A stretch of 64,000 bases of DNA from Deltaproteobacteria bacterium (GCA_032128115.1 JAQBHB010000040.1:130140-194139); one strand, 5' to 3'; counted from the stretch's first letter, positions 1 to 10,152 are shown. A program made the numbers and translations. The notes: generated by a model not told the origin, from the letters alone.

Positions 1-761
1 GCCCAGACCTCGAACGACATCTGCAGGGCGATCGGCGCGCCGAGCGCCAGTACGTGTGCGAGGGCGCGGGGCTCGAAGGCGGCGCGGCTCCAGGGCACCC
101 AGGCGTCCCGGTGCAGGCCGAAGGCGCGTACCCACATCACGAGCCCCGCGAACATGACGACCCGGGTGAGGCCGCTGGCCAACCCCGCCCCCACCAGACC
201 CAGGGCCGGCGCTCCCAGGTTCCCGAAGATCAGCGCGTAGTTCGCCACCACGTTGAATCCGTTGGCCAGCAGGATCACCCAGAGGGCGGGGCGCACGATC
301 TCGCGGCCCTGCAGGTACTGGCGCAGGGCCAGGAAGGCCAGGAAGAACGGAACGCTTGCGATCTGGACGTCGGTGTAGCGGGCGGCGGCCCGGGAGAGCC
401 CTGGATCCTGGCCCAGCGCCAGCAGGAACCACTCCGCGCCGGCCAGCAGGGCGCACACCGGGACGCTGGCGAGAACGGCCAGTACGAGGCCCCGCTGCAG
501 GGTCAGGGCCATTCGCTCGCCCTGGCCGGCGCCGTGGGCGAAGCTGATGATCGGGTCGATGCCGTGGATCAGGCCCTGGCCCACGAGCAGGGCGCCGAAG
601 ACCCAGGCGTTGGCGATGGCGGCGGCGGCCAGGGCCTCGACGCTCACCCGGGCCACCATCAGGGTGTCCACCGTCCCCAGCAGCATGAAGCCCACCTGGG
701 CGCCCGCGACCGGAGCGGCGAGGACTGCCAGCTTGCGGACTTCGCGACGCACGGCGGACAC
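1..761 (-). CDS. MATE family efflux transporter (5' part; runs off the window edge)
   Basis: Not in the ORF track. Manual minus-strand translation from GTG at 761: MSAVRREVRKLAVLAAPVAGAQVGFMLLGTVDTLMVARVSVEALAAAAIAN...NGFNVVANYALIFGNLGAPALGLVGAGLAS...LGAPIALQMSFEVW, typical of NorM/MATE. Confidence 0.9.
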   Translation of the reverse strand, partial: MSAVRREVRKLAVLAAPVAGAQVGFMLLGTVDTLMVARVSVEALAAAAIANAWVFGALLVGQGLIHGIDPIISFAHGAGQGERMALTLQRGLVLAVLASVPVCALLAGAEWFLLALGQDPGLSRAAARYTDVQIASVPFFLAFLALRQYLQGREIVRPALWVILLANGFNVVANYALIFGNLGAPALGLVGAGLASGLTRVVMFAGLVMWVRAFGLHRDAWVPWSRAAFEPRALAHVLALGAPIALQMSFEVW

Positions 762-901
762 GCGGGGCCTCGCTTCACGATTGCGTTCGGGGAGCGGCGT
801 AACGTAGAGGATCCGCAGGGTTTGTCGAAGGCGACGCAGGGCCACCGGGACGACAGCTGCGCTATAGACCGCGTGGGTCGCGAGGCGGAGAGTGCGGCCC
901 G

Positions 902-1987
902 ATGGGGATTCCGATTCGCCAGAGCCGATTCCAGAGCGGGGCGCAGAAGCTGATGCTGCTGCTCGCCTCCACGTTGCTCGCGCTCGGGGTCGCCGAGGCC
1001 GCGTTCCGGATGTTCGATGTGCGGGGCTACCACGAGCCTCGGAAGGAACTCGCCATGCAGCAGGCACTGCTCCCGGAGGCGGATCGGGTGCCCGGGGTGT
1101 CGGTGCAGTACCGGCCCTATGCGGAATTCAGCCACGTGTACGACAGCAATCCCCGCGGGACCTTCGACGACGACAATGCGATCGCCTACCGGCTGAATCG
1201 TTACGGATTTCGCAGCCCCGACGTGGAACACGCCAAGCCCCGGGGCGTAAAGCGGGTGATCCTGCTTGGCGACTCGTTCACTTTCGGTCAGGGGGTGTGG
1301 CTCGAGGACACGCTGAGCTACCGGCTCGAAGGCCTGCTCAACACGGACGTGCCGGCCGACACCCAGGTGCTGAACTTCGCGGTGGGGGGGTGGGGGTCCC
1401 GGGACGAGGTCCTGTATCTCGAGAACGAGGGGATGGCATTCGAGCCCGACCTGGTGATCGTCGTGTACGTGCTCAACGACGCGCGCTATGCGGGCGGCCT
1501 GGATCTCTGGCGCGAGTTCCGCGCGCAGTATCAGAAGCGCGGACTCAAGTGGTCGTATCTCGCCAGTTATTTCTACGCGGCCGTGGGGCGGCGAACCCTG
1601 GCCCGGCGGTACGTCGACGATCTGGTGCAGGAGTCCGAGCAGCAGAGGGAGGAGTGGCGGCGAAGCTTCGCCGACGTGAACCGCGGACGTGGAATCGCTG
1701 CCGCCGGGGGCGCGCGCTTCGCGGTGGCGATCTTCCCGTTCCTGTACGACCTGGACGAGACCTATCCCTTCCGCTCGCTCCACCAGAAGCTGGTGGACTA
1801 CTGCCGTTGGAACAACATCCCCGTCCTGGACCTTTTCGCTGCCTTTCAGGGCCACGAATACGCCGAACTGTGGGTCCACCCGAGTGATCAGCACCCGAAC
1901 GAAGAGGGCCATCGCATCGCTGCGGACGCGCTGGCCGACTTCATTGCGCGGGAAGGCCTCTTGAAGGACCTTTCCCCCCGCTCATAG
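902..1987 (+). CDS. Membrane-anchored SGNH/GDSL hydrolase family protein
   Basis: N-terminal TM segment; LGDSFTFG (block I), NFAVGG, YVLND, DQHPN (DxHP) motifs. Confidence 0.85.
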   Translation: MGIPIRQSRFQSGAQKLMLLLASTLLALGVAEAAFRMFDVRGYHEPRKELAMQQALLPEADRVPGVSVQYRPYAEFSHVYDSNPRGTFDDDNAIAYRLNRYGFRSPDVEHAKPRGVKRVILLGDSFTFGQGVWLEDTLSYRLEGLLNTDVPADTQVLNFAVGGWGSRDEVLYLENEGMAFEPDLVIVVYVLNDARYAGGLDLWREFRAQYQKRGLKWSYLASYFYAAVGRRTLARRYVDDLVQESEQQREEWRRSFADVNRGRGIAAAGGARFAVAIFPFLYDLDETYPFRSLHQKLVDYCRWNNIPVLDLFAAFQGHEYAELWVHPSDQHPNEEGHRIAADALADFIAREGLLKDLSPRS

Positions 1988-1996
1988 GAGAATGCG

Positions 1997-2437
1997 ATGA
2001 CCATCAGAACCAGCCTCGTCACCAGCGCCACCCTGCTGTTCCTGGCCCTTCCGGCGAATGGCACCGAGTCCGACCTGTCCGTGCCGTCGGGGGGGCGCGT
2101 CGAACGCGCCTCCTTCACCACCGCCATGATCGAACGCGAGCCCCAGGACTCGGTGACGTCGCTCGCCAACGACGATGTGCAGCTGCACTACTTCACCGAG
2201 ATCCGGGATGCCGAGGGCGATACCGTGATCCACCGCTGGGAGTGGAACGGGGACGTGATGGCCGAGGTGACATTCGAAGTCGGCGGGCCCCGTTGGCGCG
2301 TCTACTCCACCAAGAGCCTGGATCCCAGCTGGCTCGGCGAGTGGACCGTCACCACCGTCGACTCGTCGGGCCGCGTTCTGCAGTCGGACACCTTCGTGTA
2401 CGAAGAAATTCCGAGCGCCGCGAACAGCCAACCCTGA
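1997..2437 (+). CDS. DUF2914-like secreted protein
   Basis: Signal peptide; FTTAMIEREP...YFTEI...HRW...RWRVYSTK...GEWTV pattern; AGGAG RBS. Confidence 0.75.
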   Translation: MTIRTSLVTSATLLFLALPANGTESDLSVPSGGRVERASFTTAMIEREPQDSVTSLANDDVQLHYFTEIRDAEGDTVIHRWEWNGDVMAEVTFEVGGPRWRVYSTKSLDPSWLGEWTVTTVDSSGRVLQSDTFVYEEIPSAANSQP

Positions 2438-2463
2438 CGGAGCCCGACTCTCGATCCCGGCTG

Positions 2464-3585
2464 TTATGAGCCCACGCGCAGGCCGCGGCCCATGCGTTTG
2501 CGGCCCTGGTTGATCTCGCGGAGTCTGGCGATGCCTTCCTCGGCGACGTCGCTGCCCGCCACCTGATCGTCCTCGCCGGCGAGCTCGTCCATGTCGACCC
2601 AGGTGGCGTACAGCGGGCGGGTGCGCTCGGTGATGATCCCGGCCTTCAGGAGCGTCTTGATCAGGACCCGGAAGATGTTGGTGCTCTCGCGCATGTTGTC
2701 GCGGCGGGCCTCGTCGCCGAAGGACTCCATCACGGCGCTGCGCACCCATTGCCAGTCGAGGCCGAACTCGGCGTAGATCTGCTGCTTCTGCTCGGCGTTC
2801 ACCAGGTTGAAGAGCAGGGTCTGGAAGCACTGGGCAGCCCAGGCCTCCACCTTCTCGTGCTCCTCCTCGCTGAGCTTGGGCACGGTCTTGTCTGCCCAGA
2901 TCTTTCCGAACTTGTGGTGGAAGGCCTCGTCGGTCATCACGAACTGTATCAGGCGCCGCAGCAGTGGATCGCCGGTGCGGGCGTGGATGGTGGCGAAGGC
3001 GCCCATGGCGAGACCCTCGATCAGCATCTGCATGCCCACGAGCTTCTTGTAGACCTCGGGCGCGAGCACCACCTCCTGCATCAGGTTCGCGACGGTGGGG
3101 CCTGCCTTCAGGGGCGTGCCCCAGCGGGTGTGGATGTAGCGGGCGAAGCCGGTGACGTGGCGCGCCTCTTCGCGAGCCTGGTTGGCGGCGTACTCCTGGG
3201 CGCCCGGATCGCGCAGGATGTGGCAGAGGCTGGCCGACAGGGACAGGGCGCCCTGCTCGCCATGGAGAATGCTCGACAGGAAGAAGCGGGCGTTCTGGTT
3301 GGCCATGCGGATCTTCTGGCGCTCGTCGAGCTTGTCTGCCACCGCGCAGTTGAGCTCCACCACCATCTCGGGGGGCAGGATCGTCTTCTCCTCGAGATCG
3401 AACGCCTGCCCCTCGAAGTCGATGTAGCGCGGGTCCATGGGGTCCCAGAAGTGGTCCACGGTCGCGGAGATGATGCCGTCGAAGGCGTCGGCGCGGTCGG
3501 CGTAACGCTCCACATCGATCTGCGCCATGAAGTCGTCGCGATCGAGGGTGTTGTAGGCCGGATCGTGGGTGATGTGCTGCGCCAT
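2464..3585 (-). CDS. Ferritin-like diiron-carboxylate protein (AurF/R2-like)
   Basis: LHGEQGAL, EEARH, IEGLA, DEAFH: full E/ExxH/E/ExxH ligand set. Confidence 0.85.
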   Translation of the reverse strand: MAQHITHDPAYNTLDRDDFMAQIDVERYADRADAFDGIISATVDHFWDPMDPRYIDFEGQAFDLEEKTILPPEMVVELNCAVADKLDERQKIRMANQNARFFLSSILHGEQGALSLSASLCHILRDPGAQEYAANQAREEARHVTGFARYIHTRWGTPLKAGPTVANLMQEVVLAPEVYKKLVGMQMLIEGLAMGAFATIHARTGDPLLRRLIQFVMTDEAFHHKFGKIWADKTVPKLSEEEHEKVEAWAAQCFQTLLFNLVNAEQKQQIYAEFGLDWQWVRSAVMESFGDEARRDNMRESTNIFRVLIKTLLKAGIITERTRPLYATWVDMDELAGEDDQVAGSDVAEEGIARLREINQGRKRMGRGLRVGS

Positions 3586-3604
3586 GGACTTCGTTCTCCT
3601 CGAG

Positions 3605-4234
3605 TCAGGCCGGGTGGGTCCCGGAGAGTTGGATGCGTGTCAGGGTGTCGATCACGGTCTCGCGCGTCGCCCGGCTGGGATCTTCCGCCCACCAGGCCAC
3701 TACGCGCGCCAGCATTCCCACGAGGGCCTGGGAGAGGACCTCCGGGTCGAGGCCCTGGCCGTCGCCAGGCCCGCGGCGGCGCCGCGTCTCGGCAATCGAC
3801 GCGGCGAGGCCGTCGAGCACGTCCGACTCCACGGCCGCGGCGTCGGTGTCGGAGCTGAACAGGATGCGTGCCAGATCCCGGTTGTCCTCGACGAACACCA
3901 CCAGCGCCTCGGTCCGGGCGCGCACCCCATCGCGGCCACCCGCCGTGTCGGCGTCGGCGGTGTCGATGCTCTCGCGCAGGGCGGCGATGCTGTTGCGGGC
4001 GATCTCGCTGAACAGCGCGCGCTTGTCGCGGAAGTGGAGATAGAAGGTGCCTGCGGCGACACCGGCGTTTCGGGCGATGTCGTGGGTCGTGACCTGGTGC
4101 AGGCCGCGCGAGGCGAAAAGGCTGCGGCCGGCGGCCAGCAGCCGCGTTCGGGTGGCTTGACGGCTTCGCGAGGCCGCCGACTCGCGCCCGGAATCCGAGC
4201 CGGGAAAGTCTCGAAGGGCTCGACTGACAGACAT
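3605..4234 (-). CDS. TetR/AcrR family regulator
   Basis: HTH DIARNAGVAAGTFYLHFRDK; start position uncertain. Confidence 0.9.
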   Translation of the reverse strand: MSVSRALRDFPGSDSGRESAASRSRQATRTRLLAAGRSLFASRGLHQVTTHDIARNAGVAAGTFYLHFRDKRALFSEIARNSIAALRESIDTADADTAGGRDGVRARTEALVVFVEDNRDLARILFSSDTDAAAVESDVLDGLAASIAETRRRRGPGDGQGLDPEVLSQALVGMLARVVAWWAEDPSRATRETVIDTLTRIQLSGTHPA

Positions 4235-4258
4235 GTCAGTCGCTGACGCTATCGTCAG
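4224..4258. promoter_or_regulatory. Tandem palindromic operators CTGAC-N6-GTCAG (probable TetR sites)
   Basis: CTGACagacatGTCAG (4224-4239) and CTGACgctatcGTCAG (4243-4258) at the TetR start, facing the divergent SDR gene. Confidence 0.7.
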
Positions 4259-4352
4259 CCGGAAGTCCGGTCAAGCTGGATTGGGGCCGGTCGTCGCAAC
4301 GCTGCGCCCTCTGGCACAATGGGCGGCCCGGAACCAAGGCAAGGAGGACGAG

Positions 4353-5156
4353 ATGGATGCGTTTTCTGCGCGCTATGGACCCTGGGCGCTGGTGGCCGGA
4401 GCCTCCGAGGGGCTGGGGGCTGCGTTTGCGGGCCAGATCGCGGCCCACGGAGTGAACCTGGTGTTGGTGGCGCGCCGGGCGCCGCTGCTTGCGGACCTGA
4501 GTCGCGCGCTGACCGACGAGCACGGTGTGCAGGTGCGCGGTCTGGTCGTCGACCTGGCCGAGCGCGGCGCTCTCGGGGCAGCCAGCCACGAGGTGCGCGA
4601 TCTGGAGGTGGGCCTGCTGGTCTACAACGCGGCCTACTCGCGCATCGGGCCCTTCCTGGAAGATCCCCTGGAAGAGCACCTGCAGGAGCTCGACGTGAAC
4701 TGCCGGGGTCCCCTCGTGTTTGCCCACACGTTCGGGCGGCCCATGGCGGCCCGGGGCCGGGGCGGGATCCTTCTGATGTCTTCGCTGGCAGGCGGGCAGG
4801 GCTCGCCGGGAATCGCGAACTACGCGGCCACCAAGGCCTACAACACCGTGCTGGCCGAGGGCCTGTGGGGGGAGCTCCGGGGGCGGGGAGTGGACGTGCT
4901 GGCGTGTTGCGCCGGGGCCACACGGACGCCGCGCTACCGGGCCAACCAGGAGGAGCGCGGCGGCGGATCGATTCCGGCTCCCGAGATGGAGCCCGAAGCC
5001 GTTGCGTCCGAGGCACTTCGCGCGCTGGGACGCAGGCCCAGCATGATTCCCGGGGCGGCAAACCGCACGGCCGCGTTCTTCATGTCGCGGGTCCTGCCCC
5101 GGAGGCGCGCGGTCATGATCATGGGGCGGTCGACGCGCGGAATGTCGCCGTCGTAG
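4353..5156 (+). CDS. Short-chain dehydrogenase/reductase (DltE/17beta-HSD-like)
   Basis: AGASEGLG, YNAA, YAATK motifs; ATG 4353 follows the GGAGG RBS. Confidence 0.9.
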   Translation: MDAFSARYGPWALVAGASEGLGAAFAGQIAAHGVNLVLVARRAPLLADLSRALTDEHGVQVRGLVVDLAERGALGAASHEVRDLEVGLLVYNAAYSRIGPFLEDPLEEHLQELDVNCRGPLVFAHTFGRPMAARGRGGILLMSSLAGGQGSPGIANYAATKAYNTVLAEGLWGELRGRGVDVLACCAGATRTPRYRANQEERGGGSIPAPEMEPEAVASEALRALGRRPSMIPGAANRTAAFFMSRVLPRRRAVMIMGRSTRGMSPS

Positions 5157-5171
5157 AAAGTCGCCGCCTTC

Positions 5172-6641
5172 TCAGCCGTGGGTGACGCCGCCCATCCACA
5201 GGTGCATGGCGGCGTACGCGCGCCACGGGCGCCATGCCTCGGCGATCGCGGCCACCCGCGAAGCGGTTGGCGGGCCGGAGCGGCCGGCCAGTGCGCGGCG
5301 CAGTCCCAGGTCCGAGGCGGGAAAGGCGTCGGGTTCTCGCAGGGCGCGCATGGCGATGTACTGGGCCGTCCACTCACCCAGTCCCGGCAGGCTTCGCAGC
5401 TTTTCCAGGGTCTCGTCGGGTCCCGTGGACCCGTCGAGCCGCAACGAGTCGCTGGCCACTGCTTCCGCCAGACCCCGGATGGCCGCAGCGCGCGCGCCCG
5501 GCAGGCCGATGTGGGCCAGGTCGGTTCCGGCCAGGGCCTCTGCGCTGGGGAACAGGCGATCGCTGCCGTCTTCTCCCATCCCGGGGAGGGGCTCGCCGTA
5601 CGCTTCGACCAGACGGCCGGCCAGGGTGGTGGCGCCCTTGACGGTGACCTGCTGACCCAGGACCGCTCGCACGGCCAGCTCGAAGCCGTCCCAGGCGCCG
5701 GGGACTCGCAGTCCCGGCCGCGTCCGCAGGGCGCGCCGCAGTCGCGGATCGCGGCGCAGGCTCGAGGCGATCTCCACCGGATCGGCCGTGAGATCGAAGA
5801 GTCCGCGCAGGCGCTCGACCACCTGGATCAGGCCGGCGGGGTTTTCGAGTCGGATGCGGGCCTGCAGGTGGTTCTCGCCGGGAACGGGTCGCACTTCGAC
5901 GATTCCGACCACGCCGTCGAGCCTCACCGTTCGGCGATAGAAGTTGCGCCCCACGATTTCGACGCCCGGCGTGGCGCGCAGGGCGAGGAAGTCGCGCAGC
6001 GGGTTCCAGGCGAACGGAGGGCGGAACGGCAGACGCAACGTCGCGTCCGCGGGGCCGTGCCCCGGTTTGCGGTCGCGGCGGGTCCGCACGCGCCGGAGTT
6101 CGCGCGGGGGGCGGCCGTAGGTGTCGCGAATCGCGGCGTTGAAGCGCCGGACGCTTGCGAAGCCCGAGCCGAAGGCGACCTGGGCCATGGGGAGCGCAGT
6201 CTCGTCGATGAGCCTCTTCGCGAAAAGCACCCGGCGCGTCTGGGCCACCGTCACGGGCGCGGCGCCCAGATGCTGGAGGAACAGGCGCCGCAGCTGGCGC
6301 TCGCCCATGCCCAGTCGGGCCGCCAGGTGGTCGACGCCGGCTTCGTCCAGGGCGCCCTCGCCGATCAGGCGCAGGGCGCGCGACACCGTGGTCGAGCTGC
6401 CCAGCCACGCGGGCGTTCCCGGCGACGCCTCGGGGCGGCAGCGCAGGCACGGTCGGAAACCCGCCTCCTGGGCCGCTGCCGCGCACGGCAGGAACAGGCA
6501 GTTCTCACGGCGGGGAGTTCGCGCGGGACATACGGGCCGACAGTAGACACCGGTGGTGCGCACCGCCGTGAAGAAGCGACCGTCGAACCGGGCGTCTCGG
6601 GCTCGCAGGGCCCGATAACAGCTGTCGGGATCCAGATCCAC
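5172..6641 (-). CDS. alkA: Ada-AlkA fusion (Ada Zn domain, AraC HTH, DNA-3-methyladenine glycosylase II)
   Basis: YCRPVCPA...FRPCLRCRP; AraC HTH; VLGQQV, LPGLGEWTA, DAFPASDLG, WRPWRAYA. Confidence 0.92.
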   Translation of the reverse strand: MDLDPDSCYRALRARDARFDGRFFTAVRTTGVYCRPVCPARTPRRENCLFLPCAAAAQEAGFRPCLRCRPEASPGTPAWLGSSTTVSRALRLIGEGALDEAGVDHLAARLGMGERQLRRLFLQHLGAAPVTVAQTRRVLFAKRLIDETALPMAQVAFGSGFASVRRFNAAIRDTYGRPPRELRRVRTRRDRKPGHGPADATLRLPFRPPFAWNPLRDFLALRATPGVEIVGRNFYRRTVRLDGVVGIVEVRPVPGENHLQARIRLENPAGLIQVVERLRGLFDLTADPVEIASSLRRDPRLRRALRTRPGLRVPGAWDGFELAVRAVLGQQVTVKGATTLAGRLVEAYGEPLPGMGEDGSDRLFPSAEALAGTDLAHIGLPGARAAAIRGLAEAVASDSLRLDGSTGPDETLEKLRSLPGLGEWTAQYIAMRALREPDAFPASDLGLRRALAGRSGPPTASRVAAIAEAWRPWRAYAAMHLWMGGVTHG

Positions 6642-6711
6642 GGCCCAGGAGATAGCGCGCTTCGCCGACCAAGACTGGCCGTTTTCGGACGTGATGGGCG
6701 CAGCCGGGCCG

Positions 6712-7998
6712 CTAGCTCGCTTTCTCTCGCGGCGGGGTCACCGACGCGATCTTGACCTGCCCCGGGGAGGGGCGGGGTTTCTCTCCCTGGGAGGGAAGGC
6801 CGGGTCCGAAGTGGAAACCCTGCCCGTAGGGAATTCCGAGCTGCCGCAGGACGAGCAGCTCTTCTTCGGTTTCGACGCCCTCGGCGATCACCTCGGCTCC
6901 GATCTTTCGGGCAACGTTGTTGAGCGCGCGCAGCACCTCCTGGCGCGGCGGGTCGGCGTCGATGCCCCGCACCAGGCCCATGTCCGCCTTCAGGAAATCG
7001 GGCGTGATCTCCATGATCGCCTCGAGACTGGCGTAGCCGGCGCCGGCGTCATCGACGGCGATCCGGATTCCCAGGTTGCGCCACGAATCCCGCATTTCGC
7101 GGAAGATCGCGAAGTTCTCGATCGACTCCTTCTCGGAGATCTCCAGCACCAGATCGCTGGGCTGCAAGTGGTAGTTCTCGAGGGTCTTCACGAGTCCCTC
7201 GCCGCGCAGGTTGGGGTCGCCGATCGAGGTGGGCAGGCAGTTGAGGAAGAGCATCTTGCCCACGGGCAGGCAGTGCACCTGCTCCAGGGCGGCGCGCCGG
7301 CACAGGCAGTCGAGCTCGTAGACCAGGCCGCGCTGGCTGGCGAGCTCGAAGAGCTGGCCGGGACTGCGCAGATCGCTATCTCGCGGGCCGCGGGCCAGGG
7401 CCTCGTACCCGATCACCCCGGACTCACGCAGACTCACGATGGGCTCGAACAGCACGCCCAGGTTGCCCGAGAAGATGAGCTCCAAGAGCTGGCGTCCCCG
7501 GGCCCGGGAGCGCACGTCAGACTCGAGCCTCGCGTCGTGGTGCGCAGCTTCCAGGGCCTCGCGGATCTGGCGCTCGGCCTTCACGTTGGGGTTGTAGAGG
7601 AGCACTGCGAGGCCAACCGGGAGCTCCAGCGTCTCCCGGTGATAGGGGTACACCGCCTGGCGACCGCGGCGGGTAAGTGCGGTCGAGAGGTCGCCCGCCA
7701 GGCTCGAAAGGCCCTTGTAGAAGTCACGGTCTGCGCGGTCGCGGAAGAGCAGGACGATCAGGGTGTCGCCGCCGCGTTCGGCCGTGGCATAGACCTCGGC
7801 CTCAGGGGCCAGCTCTGAGGCCACCTCGCCCACCAGGGAAACCAGGTTGTCCACCGTCTGCTGGTGGGCCTGGCCGCCATAGCTGCGCTCCACCCCGCTC
7901 AGGGCGGTGACGTCGATCACCAACACAGCGGCGGCCCCGCTCTCGCGCAGGCCGTCCTCAATGCGGTCGAGCGTCTGGTCCTGGTCGAATGAGAGCAT
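6712..7998 (-). CDS. EAL phosphodiesterase with a degenerate N-terminal GGDEF-like domain
   Basis: YEALAR, FLN, LEISE, DDAGAGYAS, LKAD, AEGVE, QGF intact; RGGDTL replaces GGDEF. Confidence 0.88.
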   Translation of the reverse strand: MLSFDQDQTLDRIEDGLRESGAAAVLVIDVTALSGVERSYGGQAHQQTVDNLVSLVGEVASELAPEAEVYATAERGGDTLIVLLFRDRADRDFYKGLSSLAGDLSTALTRRGRQAVYPYHRETLELPVGLAVLLYNPNVKAERQIREALEAAHHDARLESDVRSRARGRQLLELIFSGNLGVLFEPIVSLRESGVIGYEALARGPRDSDLRSPGQLFELASQRGLVYELDCLCRRAALEQVHCLPVGKMLFLNCLPTSIGDPNLRGEGLVKTLENYHLQPSDLVLEISEKESIENFAIFREMRDSWRNLGIRIAVDDAGAGYASLEAIMEITPDFLKADMGLVRGIDADPPRQEVLRALNNVARKIGAEVIAEGVETEEELLVLRQLGIPYGQGFHFGPGLPSQGEKPRPSPGQVKIASVTPPREKAS

Positions 7999-8130
7999 GC
8001 CCCCCCCGGGCGCGGCCGCACGACTTCCGATGAGGGTGGATCGGCGGAATGAGCCTCCCGCCTTAGGTGGATCCCCAATGGGAGCGGTCGACCCCCGCGG
8101 TGGCCACGAGAGGGCCCCCAGAGGCGTTTT

Positions 8131-8412
8131 CTACCCGCCCTCCCCGGTGCTGCTCTCGCAAACCGCCGAGGTGGGCACGCTGCGCTGACAGCGCAGGCCC
8201 TCGGTGACCCCGCTGGAGAGCACGGCACAGGCCGAGGACAGGGCGCCCTGCAGGGCCTGCTCGCGATCCACGGCCGAGACGCTGCGACAGGCGCTGCGGG
8301 TGCGGTAGGACACGCACACCTCACAACGAACCTGGTTCGAGCGCAGGGTCACCACCCACACGGCCACCGCGAACAGGCCCGCCAGGATCACGGCGACGAT
8401 GCGGCGGCTCAC
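8131..8412 (-). CDS. Small membrane-anchored six-cysteine protein
   Basis: GTG start overlaps the upstream stop (GTGA); TM helix followed by CEVC...C...C...C...C. Confidence 0.7.
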   Translation of the reverse strand: MSRRIVAVILAGLFAVAVWVVTLRSNQVRCEVCVSYRTRSACRSVSAVDREQALQGALSSACAVLSSGVTEGLRCQRSVPTSAVCESSTGEGG

Positions 8413-9191
8413 GGCACGCGCGCCGCGAAGCGCAGGCGCACGTAGTCGGCCGTCCAGCGCCCGTGGGAGTCGCACAGGGCCGGACGCAGCATCTCGCAGA
8501 CCTCGGCCAGGAAGCCCGGCCGCTCGCCATCGGGCAGCTCCGCCATGAAGGGTCCCGCGAAGATCTCGAGCCAGTCTCGCATGCAGGTGGGCAACGCGGT
8601 GGGGCGCGGAATCAGGGCAATCGTCTCCACCTTCAGACCCTCCGCTTCGAGTTCCGACCGGTAGTCGTCGTCGGTGGGAAAGTACCAGGGATGATGGGCC
8701 TGGCCGTCGACCCCCCGGTCGGAGAGGGCTCGCAGGAGAGCGGTCTGGATGGCGGCCACGCAGCCGTGGCCCCCGAATTCGGCCACGAACCGCCCCCCGG
8801 GCCGCAGCGCGCGCCGCACGCCGGCGATCACGTCTCGCGGTCGCTTCATCCAGTGCAGGGCCGCGTTGCTGAAGACTGCGTCGAACTCGCTGTCGAAGCC
8901 GAGGGCGTGCCCGTCCGCCACGTGGGCGTCGAGCCCGCGCGCGCGGGCCGCCGCGACCTGCTCGGCGCTGGCGTCCACAGCCACCACCTGGCAGCCGCCC
9001 GCGACCAGCTTCTCCGTGAGCGCGCCGTCTCCGCAGCCCAGGTCCAGGATGCGCTCCCCGGGTCGGGGCGCCAGCAGCTCCAGCACGGGCTGGCCCAGGT
9101 CGGCGACGAAGCCCGCCTGCTTTGCGTAGCGTTCGGGATCCCAGCGCTGCTCGCGATTCAACCGGGGTGCTCCGATTTCCAGATCGTCCAC
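8409..9191 (-). CDS. Class I SAM-dependent methyltransferase (Tam-like)
   Basis: ILDLGCGDG, FDAVFSNAALHW, DYVRLRF. Confidence 0.9.
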   Translation of the reverse strand: MDDLEIGAPRLNREQRWDPERYAKQAGFVADLGQPVLELLAPRPGERILDLGCGDGALTEKLVAGGCQVVAVDASAEQVAAARARGLDAHVADGHALGFDSEFDAVFSNAALHWMKRPRDVIAGVRRALRPGGRFVAEFGGHGCVAAIQTALLRALSDRGVDGQAHHPWYFPTDDDYRSELEAEGLKVETIALIPRPTALPTCMRDWLEIFAGPFMAELPDGERPGFLAEVCEMLRPALCDSHGRWTADYVRLRFAARVP

Positions 9192-9553
9192 AGCGGCGGG
9201 CCCAGGACCAGCATGCCCACGACCCCGGCTCCGATGGCGGCGATCAGGACCGCGCCCGCGGCGGCGTCCTTTGCGCGTCCCACCAGGGGGTGGGGCCCGG
9301 GCGAAGTTGCATCGCCGAGCCTCTCGAGGGCGGTGTTCATCGACTCAGCGACCCACACGAGTGTCATGGCCAGCACCAGCGCGACCCAGTCGCCGCGGGA
9401 GACCCCCAGGGCGAATCCCGCCGCGCACACGGCCAGGCTGGCGGCGGCGTGGATCCAGGCGTTGGGTTGCGTGCGCAACACGTCCCAGATTCCGAGCGCG
9501 GCGTTGCGGAAGCTGCGCGCACGCGCCGCAGGACTCAATCCCGAATCGTTCAT
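9158..9553 (-). CDS. dgkA: Diacylglycerol/undecaprenol kinase (DgkA family)
   Basis: SFRNA..G, N..IH, AESMNTALE, AKDAAAGAV. Confidence 0.85.
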   Translation of the reverse strand: MNDSGLSPAARARSFRNAALGIWDVLRTQPNAWIHAAASLAVCAAGFALGVSRGDWVALVLAMTLVWVAESMNTALERLGDATSPGPHPLVGRAKDAAAGAVLIAAIGAGVVGMLVLGPPLWTIWKSEHPG

Positions 9554-9654
9554 GGTCGGGCCTCGGCGTGCGTTCGCGGGCGCCGACGTCTCCGCGATAC
9601 TGTACGCGGACCCAGCGGCGGCCCGATCATATCGAACCCGATCGAGAGGCGGAC

Positions 9655-10127
9655 ATGGCGTACCAGGACATCCGGTTCGAGGTGACGGACGGCGTCGCCA
9701 CGATCACGCTGAACCGCCCGGATCGACTCAATGCGTTCAGCGGCAGCATGGGCAGGGAGCTGGGGGCCGCCTACCGGGCCTGCGACGCGGACGACGCGAT
9801 CCGCGCTGTGGTGCTGACCGGCGCCGGGCGGGCGTTCTGCGCAGGCGCCGACATGTCGGCTGGGGCCGACACCTTCGCGAGCCGGGACGAATCGGATTTC
9901 AGCGCGGTCGGCGTCGATCCCCCGGCCTGGCGCGTGCGCAAGCTGGTGATCGCCGCCGTCAACGGACACGCGGTGGGGGGCCGCACCACCATCTGATGGG
10001 TCGCGCCGACGCTCGCGAGGGGGGACTGGCGTACCTGGAGAAACGGCAGCCGCGCTGGAGTTCGAGCGTGGCGAACGACTGGCCCGACTGGCCCGCCTGG
10101 CCCGACTGGCCGAACGGGGACGATTGA
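9655..10127 (+). pseudogene. Enoyl-CoA hydratase with an internal deletion and frameshift
   Basis: MAYQDIRFE...AFCAGAD...NGHAVG stops at 9996. The C-terminal part (DAREGGLAYLEKRQPRW) is in another frame right after the G6 run at 9975-9980; the catalytic middle is missing. Confidence 0.8.
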
Positions 10128-10152
10128 CGGCGCCACGTCCCCCGCCGCTCGT

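Noticed and set aside
54..953. Long plus-strand ORF, and the many similar long overlapping ORFs across the track
   Set aside because: Antisense or off-frame shadows of real genes in GC-rich DNA (here the MATE gene); Arg/Pro/Gly-rich with no motifs.
7999..8130. c-di-GMP riboswitch upstream of the EAL gene
   Set aside because: GC-rich hairpins are possible, but I could not find the GEMM core motifs. An Rfam covariance search would settle it.
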